From: the human T2T-CHM13v2.0 reference genome, Homo sapiens
NCBI RefSeq assembly: GCF_009914755.1
Contig: NC_060932.1
Direction: 5' to 3' (one strand)
Length of the DNA: 64,000 nucleotides
Shown here in pieces: positions 30,176 through 43,329 of the stretch. The translations under genes and the position numbers were made by a program. Positions within the stretch are counted from its first letter, which is position 1. Every line of letters starts with the position of its first letter. The notes beneath the pieces are model-generated. The model saw only the letters and a program-made list of their open reading frames with translations, was not told where the DNA came from and made no database searches.

Positions 30176-32620
30176 TGTGGTAATCTGCTCCTGAAATGAC
30201 TCTCAGTGATCCCACTTTCTGTCATTCATTCCTTTGTGTAATCCCTTCCTTTGCCTGTGGACTGCATCTAATGACTTGCTTTTAACAAATAAAATAGGGC
30301 AAAAGTTTTGGAATGTCACAAGATTAGAGGCTAGAGACAAGAAAGAAGATGAGAAAAGACAGTGACTTCTGTTTTGCATGGACTCTCTCCCTTGCCTTCT
30401 CAGATTGCTTGCTTTGCTGAAGCAAGCTGCCTTCAGGGAAAATCCTACAAGGAAAGCAATTGTGGGACAGTGAAAATCTGAGGCCCTCAGTTCAACAGCC
30501 TGTGAGGGACTGAATTCTGCCAAAACCACACAAGCAAGCTATGAAGAGCTTTGCAAGTCGGACCAACAGGTGAGACTACAGTCCCAGATAACAGATAACA
30601 CCTTGATTTCAGCTTGTAAGAAGACTGTGAAGCAGAGAACCCAGATAAGATGTGCTTGAATTTCAGACTCACAGAAGTTGTGATATAATAAATACGTGTT
30701 GTTTAATGTCATTAATTTTGATGATAATTTGTTATGCAGCAACAGAAAACTGATGCAGATTTGATACCTGGACATATGGTGCTGCTGTAACAAATACCTT
30801 AAAAATTGGGTATGAATATAGAACCAGGAAGTGGGTAGAGACCAGAAGAATGTTGAAGACCAAGATACAGAAAGCTCATATTGCCTGAAACAGACCTTAA
30901 GTCCAACTCTGCACTTTGAGGACCTGGCTGGTGAGGGCTCAAGTGGTAGTTAGGAGTATATTATTGAAAACTGGAGGAAGTAAGGTTCTTTTTATTTAGT
31001 GGCAGAAAGCTTAGCATATTGTCTTCTACAGTACGTGGAAAGTAGAATGTGTACATAATAAACTTGGTGATCTAGCTTCTGACCCCTTCTAGCAGCTTAT
31101 AATATAATAAGAAATGAAAGAAATTGAAGGAACTGTTAAATAAAACATAACCATTGATGATTTTGAAAATTCTTAACTTCTCCAGACAGCAAAAGATGCT
31201 AAAACAAAGAAATGGATTCCAAGAACTATCAGGAAAACATGGTCAAGAGTGAGACTGTAAAACATTAGTTAAGAGTAACAAAAGATTAGTCAAGATCAAC
31301 TCTTAACTAATGTTCTACAGTAAAAGGCTCAGAGTGTTATTCAGTTAGACAAAAGTCCTTTAAAGAAAGAAAGGCTGCCTCACAGATCCTCTACATTTAA
31401 AAAAATAAGGCATCTGGAAACTTCAGAGCTTTGTCTTTCAGCCATCTCAGCAGAAGCCTAAGGTAGAAAACGGTTCATTTCAAAGATATTTGTGAGCATG
31501 TCTTTTGTTTAATGTAATAAATGCCAAAGAGATTCACGGGAGGTTCACAGTTTTTGAGAAACCGCCAGTAAAGAGAATACAAAATGAAAGGAGGCTATCA
31601 GACCCCCAAAATTCTACTGAGAGGAGGCAGGCTGAGATAATTGCTCAAAGTCAAATATGTGCTACCTTTCCTGAAAAAGGAAGGAATACTTAGAGAGTCA
31701 AATAAGAACTGAGAAGGCAGAACTGAGAGCCAAGAGAGATTTTTCACAGACCTTGAAACCCAAACAAGGAACTCCCAACATGAGCCCTTCTAGATATTTC
31801 AGAATTGCTATGGACCAGTAATTTCTTTTTAGTTCTAATCCCCCCACACACACACTTTGAATTAAAATATCTATAAGTTATTCTATGCCTTTATTACCAT
31901 TATATATTGATGGGCTTGGGGCCAGATTACTCTCTAGTGTCAAAGATCTACAAATGGAAGAGCTATACTCAAGGAAGTATACCCATGAACCTAATCCACA
32001 GCTGGAGCTAACTCAGATGAAGAAATAGGCTTTGAACTGATGCTATAATGAAATGAGAATGTTGGAGAGCTTGACAATTAATGTGGTTTTTATGTGTAAA
32101 AGATATGTAACATTAGAAGATAAACTGTGCTACTCAGCTTTTAAAATACCCTCCAATATCTTATCTTCTTCTGTTCACTCCCTTTATAATACACATTCCC
32201 TACCAACCAAGTGAGGGATGGACATAGTGACGTGCTTCTAACAAATAGAGTATGGAAAAAATGATGGAATATAACTTGCAACATTAGGATATAACAGACA
32301 GTATTTTCCGTTTTGTTCTCCTGCCCCTTCTTCATTGCTTACTTGGATGAAATAAGCTACCATGTTGAAGAGTAATACATGGGAAGAAAGTGAATATGGC
32401 CTCCATCCAAAAGACCTTGAGGAAATGAGCATGTTAATACAACAGCCTTCTGACAACCACGTGACAAATTTGGAAGCATATTCATTTTAGTAAAACCTTC
32501 AGATGAAATTGGCTGGCATTTTAATACCAGCCTATGCAAATATCTGAAGCAAAAGACCAAGCTATGCCATTCCCAGAATTCACCACTCACAGAAACTGCG
32601 ATAATATGTGTATTGTTTCC
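30176..32620 (+). mobile_element. MaLR provirus (MLT1E-like): 5' LTR 30176-30757, internal region, 3' LTR ~32126-32620
   Basis: The LTR end 'ttgttatgcagcaacagaaaactgatgca' is followed by the MLT-int start 'gatttgatacc...gctgctgtaacaaatacc'. The second LTR shares 'gac(t/g)tgcttYtaacaaata' and 'cacagaa...gata' motifs with the first. Confidence 0.78.
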
Positions 32621-33650
32621 TTTTCCTAAGATAAACTTCTAAGAGTGCAATTTCTGATTTGCAAGATAAGTATATTTTTGGTTCTATGAGAAACTGCTAG
32701 AATCTTTGGTCAAGTGGCTATGCCATTTTTCATTTCCACCAGCAGTGTGTAAGTGAGCAAGTTTCTTCATATCCTCAACAGCATTTGGTGTTAGCACTAC
32801 TTATTATTTACTCATTTTTATATGTGCATAGTGATATTTGCATTCTTTAATGGTTAATTATATTCAGTATTTTCCATGAACTTATATGTCATCAGTGTAT
32901 CCTCCTGAGTAAAGTATCTGATCATGTCTTTAGCCTATTTTTAATCAGATTGTCTTTTTTAAAAGTTCAATTTAATTGTTCTTTAAATATCCTAAAGGCA
33001 AGATGGCAAATATTTTCTCCTACTCTGTAGTTTGTTTTACTTACTTTTTTTGGTTGAATTGTATATTTAGTTTTATTTGACAAACAAAAATCACTTTGAA
33101 ACACCAAGATGGGAGGATCAGTTGAGCTCAGGAGTTCAAGACCTGCCTGGGAAACATAGCGAGAACTTGTCTCTAAAAAATAATATTATTTTAAAAAATT
33201 AGCCAGGTATGGTGGCACACACCTGTAGTCCCAGCTACTTGGGAGGCTGAAGCAAGAGGATCTCTTGAACTCAGGAGATTGAAGCTTTCACACCACTACA
33301 CTCCAGTCTGGTCAACAAAGCAAGACCTTATCTCAAAATAAATAAATACATAAAATAAATAGATAAATAAGTAAATAAACAATAAATTGATGAGTTTAGA
33401 GATAATTATACATCTGTGAAATGATCACTACCTTCCATGTCATAAGCTATTTATAACTTCCAAAATTTTTTCCCAATCTTTTATTTATTTATTTATTTAT
33501 TTATTATTGTTACCTCTCTCATAGCAGCATTTAATATATGGCCTACCCCCTAGGAATTGTTTAAGTATATAATACATTATTGTTAACTATATAAACTGTG
33601 ACATACAGTCAATCTCTAGGAATTACTTTTCTTGGATAACCAAAATGTTT
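32620..33650 (-). mobile_element. Old L1M fragments
   Basis: Reverse-complement L1 3' motifs (catttccaccagcagtgtgtaag; aagtatataatacattattgttaactata). Confidence 0.65.
33092..33385 (+). mobile_element. AluJ, 5'-truncated, with a (TAAA)n tail
   Basis: gggaggatcagttgagctcaggagttcaagacc...aagaccttatctcaaaataaataaa. Confidence 0.88.
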
Positions 33651-33654
33651 TAAC

Positions 33655-35809
33655 TGGGGCACGAACTGGGCCCCGAGGGCTCTGGGCAGCCCAATCTCAA
33701 TGGATTTGCTGGTTACAGCCCATGCCACACCTCTCACAGGTTGGAATTGTGTGTCTGGGGCTCTCTTAGGCTAGAGTTTCACACCAGTGACTCAATCAGC
33801 CTGAGGTTGAGGGGGCAGTTCTGTACTCATTGTTGCCCTGGTGGGGGCTGTCTGTGCTGGCCTCACTCTTGCTCCCAGCTCCACTGGGCATTGCCCTAGT
33901 ATGATGAGAGAAGAGACCACTTCTTATATAGTTTCTTATAATTTCTTATAATTTCTTGTTTGCTGAAAAGGTAAAAGTTAATAAGCAGAAGTGAAATTCA
34001 TAGTCAGACAGCCCGGTGCCTCATTTCAGGCCTGGTAGTTAAAATTCAACCCCTGACCTCACCACTGTGTTATCCGTAGATTCTAGACATTGTATGAGGG
34101 AGCATTGTGAAACTCCCTGTTCTGTTCTGTTTCACTCTGATTACTGGTGCCTGCAGCCCCCAGTCACGTACCCCTCACTCGCTTAATTAATCACAACCCC
34201 CTCACTCTTTAAAGTTAGCCCTTAAAAGGGACAGGAATTACTTATTCAGGGAGCTCAGTTTCTAGTCAGCTGATGCTCCCAGCTGAATGAAGCTCTTCCC
34301 TTCCACAATCCAGTGTCTGAGGGATTTTGTCTACAACTCTTCCTGCTACAATGACAGTTCTCTGCCTGTGCTGTGAGGGCATCTGGGGCATCCTTTGAAG
34401 TCCAGGTGAAGGCAGCCATGCCTCCACAGCTTGTTCATTCTGGGCCCTTGTAAAGATGGCACCATGGAGACACCCCCAAGGTTGATTTGAATGTGCCGTC
34501 CAGAAGAACATCTCCTTGGGCCTCATCCCACCTGGGCCCAGTGGAGTCATACCCGATATGGTTGAAGAGCGGTTTGCTATAATGCAGGGAATAGAGACTT
34601 GAGGCATCATGAGCAGTAAGTGCCAAATTCCTGTGGGTGCATGAGGCTCCTCTTTTGACATAGATCTGCTCCTCAGGCCTGGTAACTCTGATCCTGTAAT
34701 GGGAGTGGCAGCACTGATAATCTGTGAAATGCCTTCAGGGGCATTCTTCCATTGAGTTGGGGAATATCACCTGGTTTCTAAACCTTCTTAATCTCTTTTT
34801 CAAAAGGTGGCTTGGTCATATCCTTGGTGTTCGCTCCTGAACATGCTTTTTCATTCTTTACAACATGGCTGGGCTAAGAATTTTCCAAATTTTTTAGTTC
34901 TGCTTTCCTTTTCATTATAAATTCCGTGTTTAATATTTCTTTCTTTCTTCTCACACTTTACTATAAACTGATTTAAAAAAGCATGCTGCACCCTCCACCA
35001 TCTGCTAACATATTTCTTCTTCTGTGAAGTATCTTATTTCATGGCTCAGAAATCCCACCTTCCACAAAACACTAGGACACAAACACAATTTAGCCAAGTT
35101 CTTTGACACTTTATAACAAAGATCGTCTTTCCCTCATTTTCTGGTACCTTGGTCCTCATTTCAATTGAGACCTCATCAAAATGGCTTTCACCTTCCATTT
35201 TCCTACCAATGCTCTGATCACAACCAGCTAGGTAACCTGTGAGAAAACTGAGGTTTTCTCTAAAGCTGTCCTTTTCTTCTGAGCCCTCACCAGAATCATC
35301 CTTAATTCTCCACTTACAGCAATGCAGGCTTTTTCTAGCAAGCACTTCCAAACCTTTTTCAGCCTCCGGTCAGTAGTGAGTTCCAAAGCCACTTCCACAT
35401 CTTTAGGTATTTTTTATGGCAACATTCCACCTCTCGGTACCAATTTCTGTCTTAGTGCACTCATGCTGCTATAATGAAATAGCTGAGATTGGGTAATTTA
35501 CAAACAAAAGGAACGTACTGCTTAACAGTTTTTGAGGCTGGGAAGTCCAAGATCAAAGTGCCAGCAGATTTAGTGCCTGGTTAGGACTCATTATCTGCTT
35601 CAAAGTTGGTACCTTACCGTGTCCTCGCATGACAGAAAGGGTGAACAAGCTCCATTGAACCTCTTTTATTAAGGCGCTAATCTCATTCATGGGGATTCTA
35701 CCCTTGTGACCTAATCGCCTTCTACGGGATCCACTTTTTAATATGATTGCACTGGAGATTAGGTTTCAACAGGTGAATTTTGGGGAACACAAATATTCCG
35801 ACCACAGCA
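33655..35809 (-). mobile_element. MaLR (MLT1A/MST-type) LTR 35448-35809 plus internal sequence
   Basis: 'ggtaccaatttc|tgtcttagt' is the internal/LTR boundary; the LTR ends ggggaacacaaatattccgaccacagca. Confidence 0.8.
33905..34350 (+). mobile_element. HERV-E/Harlequin solo LTR (LTR2 family) nested in MaLR internal sequence
   Basis: TG...CCTGCTACA termini; LTR2 motifs gacagcccgg, gcagcccccagtcacgtaccc and agcccttaaaagggacaggaatt. Perfect 4-bp TSD ATGA (33901-33904, 34351-34354). Confidence 0.88.
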
Positions 35810-36679
35810 TGTTAATATCTTGGTTAAAGTGTTTCCTTTTTCATTTCTAAAATGACTATAGCTTGTTTATCTCTTTTGTTCTTAAATGATTACAATTTCT
35901 GACATACGAAAAACAACATTAATTAAGAAAAATTATTTTCAGACTCAGATATTTTTTATTCATTATTTGCTTTTAAGAAATGCGTAGGAATCAGAACTCT
36001 GTGCAATTGGAAGTTTCTTTGTTGAACTATTAGTTATTGCACATCACTTGCAGTGTATTATGTGACTAAAGGTATGTTTCCATTACTTTGTTTGGTGCAT
36101 ATTCATATGAAGCCAAGAGATCTAAGGGGAATTTGTTGAAAGTTAGCTAAGAGTGCCTTCATCACAGGATGTTGACCACATTGATTTTTTAAAATAGATT
36201 CCTATTTTTTTTTACTTGAAATATCTTTTGTCCAACTAGACTTCCAGAATGGATTGCAGAAATACAGATATTAAGTGAAACATGTTCAGTTATAATATTA
36301 GTATGTATTTTAATATAAAGCTATTTTTCACATGCCCATGTGGCCTTTTGCACCTATATATAGGAAGTTCTTGTGCTACTTAGAATACGATAGAAAATAA
36401 TCTCAAAAACATTGAAAATATGTCTATGCAATATTCACATAAATTTAGACGCATACTTAAATGGCCATGCATGGCACTTTATTCTGTTTCCTAAAATTAT
36501 TTACAATGCATAATTTGTCTTCTTATTTTGATCATCAATGTATAACTTTAAATTAAGCTGATGATCCAGTGAGAAATGGTAGTTAACTTAAGAGTTCATC
36601 AATTGATTATTAATTTCTTGTCATCTCCCTTCCTCTTACATACACTGGTCTAAATTAGACAATTTTATTCTATTGTACT

Positions 36680-39325
36680 GTATTTTAGGTTCAGGAGGCA
36701 TATGTGCAGATTTGTTACATGGGTAAATTACATGACACTGAGGCTTGGTGTACAAATGATTCCATCACCAAGGTAGTGAGCATAGTACCCAATAAGTAGC
36801 CTCCCAACCCAGGCCCCTTTCCCCATCCTCCCATTTCAAGCAGTCCCAATATCTATTGTTCCATTTTTTTACTGCCATGTGTATTTAATGTTTAGCTCCC
36901 ACTTATAAGTGAGAACATGCAGTATTTAGTTTTCTGTTCCTGCATTAGTTTGCTTAGGATAATATCCTCCAGTTGCATCCATGTTGCTGCAGAGGACATT
37001 ATTTCATTCTTTTTGTGTGACTGCATAGTATTCCATGGTGTGTGCGCACCCTGTTTTCTTTATCCAGCCCACCATTAATGGGCGTCTTCATTGATTCATG
37101 TCTTTGCTATTGTGAATAGTGCTGTAATAAACATATGAATACATGTGTCTTTTTGGTAGAAGGACTTATTTTCCTTTGGATGTATATCAATAGTGGTATT
37201 GCTGGGTCAAATTGTAGCTCTGTTTTAAGTTCAAGGAGTAATTTCCAAAGTGCTTTCCACAATGGTTGAACTAATTTACATTTCCACCAGCAGTTAATAA
37301 ATGTTGCCATTTCTCTGCAGCCTTACTGGCCTGCTATTTTTGGGCTTTAACTGATGTGAGATGGTACCTCATTGTGGTTTTGATTTGCATGTCTCTAATG
37401 ATTAGTGATGATGAACTTTTTTTTCTATTTCTTCTTTTTAACTTTTATTTTTAAGTTCAGGGGTACATGTGAAGGTTTGTTACATAGCTAAACTTGTGTC
37501 ATGAGGGTTGTTGTAAAGATTATTTCATCACCCAGGTATTAAGCCTAGTACCCATTAGTTCTTTTTTCTGAACTTCTCCCTCCTCCCAGCCTCCACCCTA
37601 CCAAAGACCCCACTGTGTGTTGTTCCCTTCTATGTGTCCATGTGTTCTCATTATTCAGCTCCCACTTGTAAGTGAGAACATGCAGTATTTAGTTTTCTAT
37701 TCCTGCATTAGTTTGCTAAGAATAATGACCTCCAGCTCCATCCATGTCCCTGCAGAAGACATGACCTCATTTTTTTTATGTCTGCATAGTATTCCATAGT
37801 GTATATGTAGCACATTTTCTTTATCCAATCTGTCATTGATGGGCATTTAAGTTGATGCCATGTCTTTGTTATTGTGAAGAGTGCTGCAATGAACATACAT
37901 GTGCCCTTATACTAGACTGATCTATATTCCTTTGGGTATATAACCAGTAATGGGATTGTTCTGTCTTTAAAACTTGGAGGAATCACCACGTTGTCTTCCA
38001 CAATGATTGAACTAATTTACATTCCCACTAATAGTGTGTAAGCATTCCTTTTTCTCCACAACTTTGACAGCATCTGTTAATTTTTTCACTTTTTAGTAAT
38101 AGCCTTTCTGACTGGTATGAGATGGTATCTCACTTTGGTTTTGATTTGCATTTTCTTAATGCTCGATGATGTTGAGCTTTTTTTCCATGTTTCTTGGCTG
38201 CATGTATGTCTTCTTTTGAAAAGTATCTGTTCATGTTCTTTGGCCACTTTTTAATGGCTTTTTTTTTCTTGTAACTTTGTTTAAGTTCTTTATAGATGCT
38301 GGGTATTATACTTTTGTCATATACATAGTTTGCAAATATTTTCTGCCATTCTGTAGGCTGGTCTGTTTAACTCTGTTTGGTTTCTTTTGCTGTGCAGAAG
38401 TTCTTTAGTTAAATTAGATCTCATTTGTTAATTTTTGCTTTTGTTGCAATTGCTTTTGGCATCTGCATCATGAAATCATTGCCTGCACCTATGTCTTAAA
38501 TGGTATTGCCAGGGTTTTTATAGTTTTGGGTTTTACATTTAAATCTTTAATCTGTCTTAAGTTAATTTCTGTGTGTGGTGTAAGGAAGCAGTCCAGTTTC
38601 AATATTCTCTATATGGCTAGCCATTTATCCCGGCATCATTTATTGAATAGAATATCCTTTGCCCATTGCTTGTTTTTGTCAGGTTTGTCAAAGATTAGAT
38701 TGTAGTAAATGTGTGGTCTTGTTTCTGGGTTCTCTGTTCTGTTCCTTTGGTCTCTGTGTCTGTTTTTGAATCAGTACCATGCTGTTTTGGTTACTGTAGC
38801 CCTGTAGGATAGTTTGAAGTCAGGCAGCATGATGCTTCCAGCTTTGTTCGCTTTGCATAGGATTGCATTGGCTATTCAGGCTCATTTTTTGTTTTATGTG
38901 AAAGTTGAAATAATAGTTTTTTCTAGTTCTGTGAAGAATCTCAGTGGTGGTTTAATGAGAGTGACATTGAACCTAAAAATTGCCCTGGGCAATGTGGCCA
39001 TTTCAGCTATATTGATTCTTCCTGTCCTTGAGCATGGAATGTGTTTCTATTTGTTTATGTCATCTGTGATTTCTTTGAGCAGCGTTTTGTAGTTCTCCTT
39101 GTAGAGATCTTTCACCTCCCTAGTTCGCTGTATTCCTAGGTATTCTGTGTGTGTGTGCGGCAGCTGTGAATGGGAGTACATTCCTGATTTGACTCTGTTG
39201 ACTGTTGGCTCATTTGTCTGTTGGTGTATGGGAATGCTAGTGATTTTTGCACATTGATTTTGTATTCGGAGACTTTGCTGAAGTTGTTTATCAGCTTAGG
39301 AAGCTTTTGCGCTGAGAGGATGGTC
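36680..39325 (-). mobile_element. Two adjacent or nested mid-age L1P elements (L1PA15/PB-like ~36680-37415; L1PA13-like ~37420-39325)
   Basis: Two separate reverse-complement L1 3' ends (ttcaggaggcatatgtgcag...; ttcaggggtacatgtgaagg...), each followed by ORF2 sequence. Confidence 0.85.
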
Positions 39326-39699
39326 CTTTGAGGTTGAGCTCCAGTTGGGCTGGAGTTGCCAAAGTGCTCTCAGACTGCTGGCAATACCACTCCATAGGAG
39401 ATGGTGGAGTCATGGGTGTAGGTGTGCTGGTGGGTGTGGCAGGTGTGCCACTAGGGCAGAGGCACTCCAGCATGTGGCACCATGGGCAGGGGTGCTTAGG
39501 AGGGGATTACAGGAGCATGGCAAGTGGAAGGTGTGTGCACTCTAGTAGGGGTCACCCTGGGCAGTAGGGGTGCTCTGTTGGAGGTCCCATGGGCAGGGGG
39601 CACTTCAGCAGGTGTAGTGGGAATGTCATAGGTGGGAGGTGCTACAGTGGGTGGTGCTGCAGGTAGGAGGCCTAATTTGGACAATTTTATAATCTTCAT

Positions 39700-40980
39700 A
39701 TGGCATATACAATTTTTTTCTTTTTATACTGTGAAAAAATATACATAATGTAAATTTACATTTCTACCCATTTTCAAGTGGACAATTCATTAATTACATT
39801 TGTATTGTTGTGCAACTGTCACTACTACTTACATACAGCACATTTTTTGTCATCCCAAACTGAAACTCTGTACCCATTAAAAAATAAATCCTTGTTATTC
39901 TCTCCCCACCAACCAAATGTTGGTGAGGGTGAAGAGAAAAGGAAACACACACGATTGGTGGGGATGTAAATTAGTTCAGCCACTGTGAAAAGCAGTTTGG
40001 AGATTTCTCAAAGAACTTAAAACAATTACCATTTGACCCAACCATCCCACTTCTGGGTATACGCTCAAAGGAAAATTATTCACTCTATCAAAGAGACACA
40101 AGCATTTGTATGTTCATTGTGAAACTATTCACAATAGCAAAGACATGGATGGAATCAACCTTGAAGCCCATCAATAGTAGATTGGATTTTTAAAAATGTA
40201 CACCATGGAATACTATGCAGTCCTAAAAAAGAATGAAATCATGTCCTTTGCAGAAACATGAATGAAGCTAAAGGTTATTACCCTAAGGAAATAATGCAAG
40301 AACCAGATGATATATATGCATCTCTTACACGCATATATTAAATCACTGCTTAATGTTTTTTCTTGTTTTATATGAAACAAGAAAAGTTTATAAGGTACAA
40401 TGTACCTTAAAATATGTACCATTTGTGTATATCAATTAATGTAATTCACTGCACGTATACAACGTATAATGATCATATCTAACTAGCAAGCTCATCACCT
40501 GAAACTTTTAAAATACAAAAAGTAACCCATGTTAGCGAGAATGCAGAGAAAGGGTAACTCTTATACACTGTTTGTGACAATGCAAATTAGTACAGCTAAT
40601 ATGGAAAACAGTATGGTGTTTCTTCTAAAACTAAAAATAGAGCTACCATGTGATCCAGCCATCCCACTACTGGGTGTTTATTCAAAGAAAAGGAAATAAG
40701 TATATTGAAGAGATAGTTGTGGCAATAAACTCCCATGTTTATTGCCACACTATTCACAATAACCAAACTATGGAATCAACGTAATTGCTCATTAATGGAT
40801 GAATGGATAAAGAAAATGTGGTACATACACACAACAGAATCATTATTTAGTGATAAACAAATAAAATCATGTTATTTGCAGAACATGGATGAACTTGGAG
40901 ACCATTGTATTAACTGAATTAAGCCAAACACAGATAAATAAATATCATATATTCTTACTCATACATGGAAGCTAAAAATA
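39700..40980. mobile_element. Mosaic of short L1 fragments in alternating orientation
   Basis: L1 3' end on minus 39700-39910; L1 on plus 39910-40305; short minus piece ~40385-40505; L1MA on plus ~40510-40980. Confidence 0.7.
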
Positions 40981-41802
40981 GTCTTGGATATCTTTTTATT
41001 TTTTGCTGAAATGCTCTGGCTAGAGCATCTGATATTTGCTGAATATGAGGGACAAAAGTGAGTTGACATATGCAACTTATAATCTATAAATTGGTTTTAT
41101 GCAGATTTGAGGAAGTAATTAAAAAGCTAATTTTTATTCATGTTTAGTATTGTTATGTTGTGAACGACTTAAACAGATTTTATGGTGACACTTTGAAATA
41201 AAAAAGAAGCTTGCAAAGTCAGAAAAAAATAGAAAAACATAAATGAGGCAAAACACCACATATCTGGGTGATTATTCACCACCATATTACACATTTTGCC
41301 ATAATAAAAGTTTTACAAGAAATAAATATTGTTCTTGCCATATTATTCTGAGGAATCTTATAACAAAGATTCAAAATTTATGAATTATACTTAAAACCTA
41401 AACAAAATGATTTCTGTTCCAATTTTTGAGAAGACAAGTCATTAACATCTAATCAATTATTCATAACAAAACATTAACATAATATAGAAAACTCATACGA
41501 TGAGTGTCTCAATCCAATGCAAGCTATAAGTATAAAAACTGAAACTATATATAACCTTTACATTAACCATGTCAGGGCAAATGCTGTCAGTTTTTTTGCT
41601 TGCAATTACTTTGTTGTTTAGATTTTTGTATTTTTGTATCAATAAATTAAGATAATGTTAATCATATTAATATTAGTCATATTAATATTACTAAAAGTCT
41701 TTCAACTTAAGCATCTCTTATACATATATAGAAATCATTAATGTTTTTTCTTGTTTTATATGACATTTGTGAATTGTAAAATTTTTGTTTGTTTTGTTTT
41801 AG

Positions 41803-41883
41803 TACTGTGTAAATAAAACCTGCAGAAAAGTTCATTTAATGGGATATAACTGTAATGCCACCACAAAATGCAAAGGGAAAGGG
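41803..41883 (+). CDS. ADAM18: ADAM18 internal coding exon E (YCVNKTCRKVHLMGYNCNATTKCKGKG; end of Cys-rich, start of EGF-like)
   Basis: Splice sites tttgttttag|TAC and GGG|gtaagt; 81 nt, phase 0-0. Confidence 0.92.
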
Positions 41884-42685
41884 GTAAGTCACTTTTGTAT
41901 CTGAATTGCATGTTATTCTTGTGGGTAATTCAAATAAACATCTGTTTATGAGGATTGAGAGTCTAGGTTGACTTGCCTAGCTCTGGTAGACTAATATAAA
42001 GAAAATTAACTGACCTAATTTCAAACTATATAACATATTAAGTGAATTGTACCAGATACGTATTGAACTGTAAGCAGTCACAACTTAGTAATATGTTTAA
42101 ATAAAAACATTTATTCTTCTTCAACACAAATAAATGCATTTTTACTTATATCATGAACATATTTCTTCTCCCACACACATTTAATAATTAAGGCATATGA
42201 GTATACAATATTTTACAGAGTATACTTAAAAACACGTTGACATATCAGGGAATATTTTTTTCTCATTGAGAGACTTCCAATAGGAAATGCAACTTCACGC
42301 AAAAAGCTTTTTTTATTTCTTCTGAATTGTCTATTTTAATCTGGTAATTTAAATTTGTTACTTTTATATTGCAGTTCCATTTATTAAAATTTATAATTTG
42401 AGTTTTAAAAAATTATTTTCCTAAAAGAAAATCAGTGTGTGATATAGCCAACATTGTAAGAGTAACCTCAAATTCACCAGAATGCATTAATATTTAATTC
42501 TATAATTTCTAAAATAGTTGGATTCAGAGGATATAAAATGCTACTACATTGTCAGTAATTTGCCATCAGTTATTAACAAAGAAAATAGCCACATTTTAAT
42601 GTTTTTTTTTCTGTAATTATAATTTTTGGCTTGAATTTTTTACTTCCTCTGTTACATTTTAGTTCTTCAGCCTTATTATTTTTTA

Positions 42686-42730
42686 CAATATCTCAACACA
42701 AAGTTATGCAATATCTCAACACAAAGTTAT
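42686..42730 (+). repeat. 23-bp tandem duplication
   Basis: caatatctcaacacaaagttat g caatatctcaacacaaagttat. Confidence 0.9.
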
Positions 42731-43329
42731 ACGTTTTTTGTATAACTTTATACATATCTGATATGTGTAACTTATATACATTTTTATACATTATCAATTT
42801 TTGCTACCATGTTTCATTGGGTTCACAATTGTTTTCTTAATATATTATTATTTACGTTCAGTTGTTGTTTTACTTCTACTTTTTAGATTTTTTTGATAAA
42901 ACCTTTTACTATGAAATATTACATTCATAAAGGAAATACATAAGGTAAAACTTCCATATTTATTTAATTTATATTTCTACATATGTTATATTTTGTAGTT
43001 AAAATGTTTAAAAAGAAAAACGACTTAAAAATAATTATAAGTAATAGAAATCTTACTGAGTCTAAGCAAATTTGCATAGACTTTCTAATGACAGGTCTCA
43101 ATAGACAGCTTTATCATTTATCATTCCAGTTCAATTTTATTAGCATGTAGGTGTTCTGAAATACCATTATTCATGAAATGTTGCCAGTTATAATAGAGTT
43201 GTTCTCTTTTTATTAATGATATACTTTTCATTAGTTGCCATGAACATTTATAATTTATTACTCTGAAAATTAGTAATCTAAGCATCAGTATAAAGAAGTT
43301 AAGAACATAACAGAATATTAAATTCAGAC

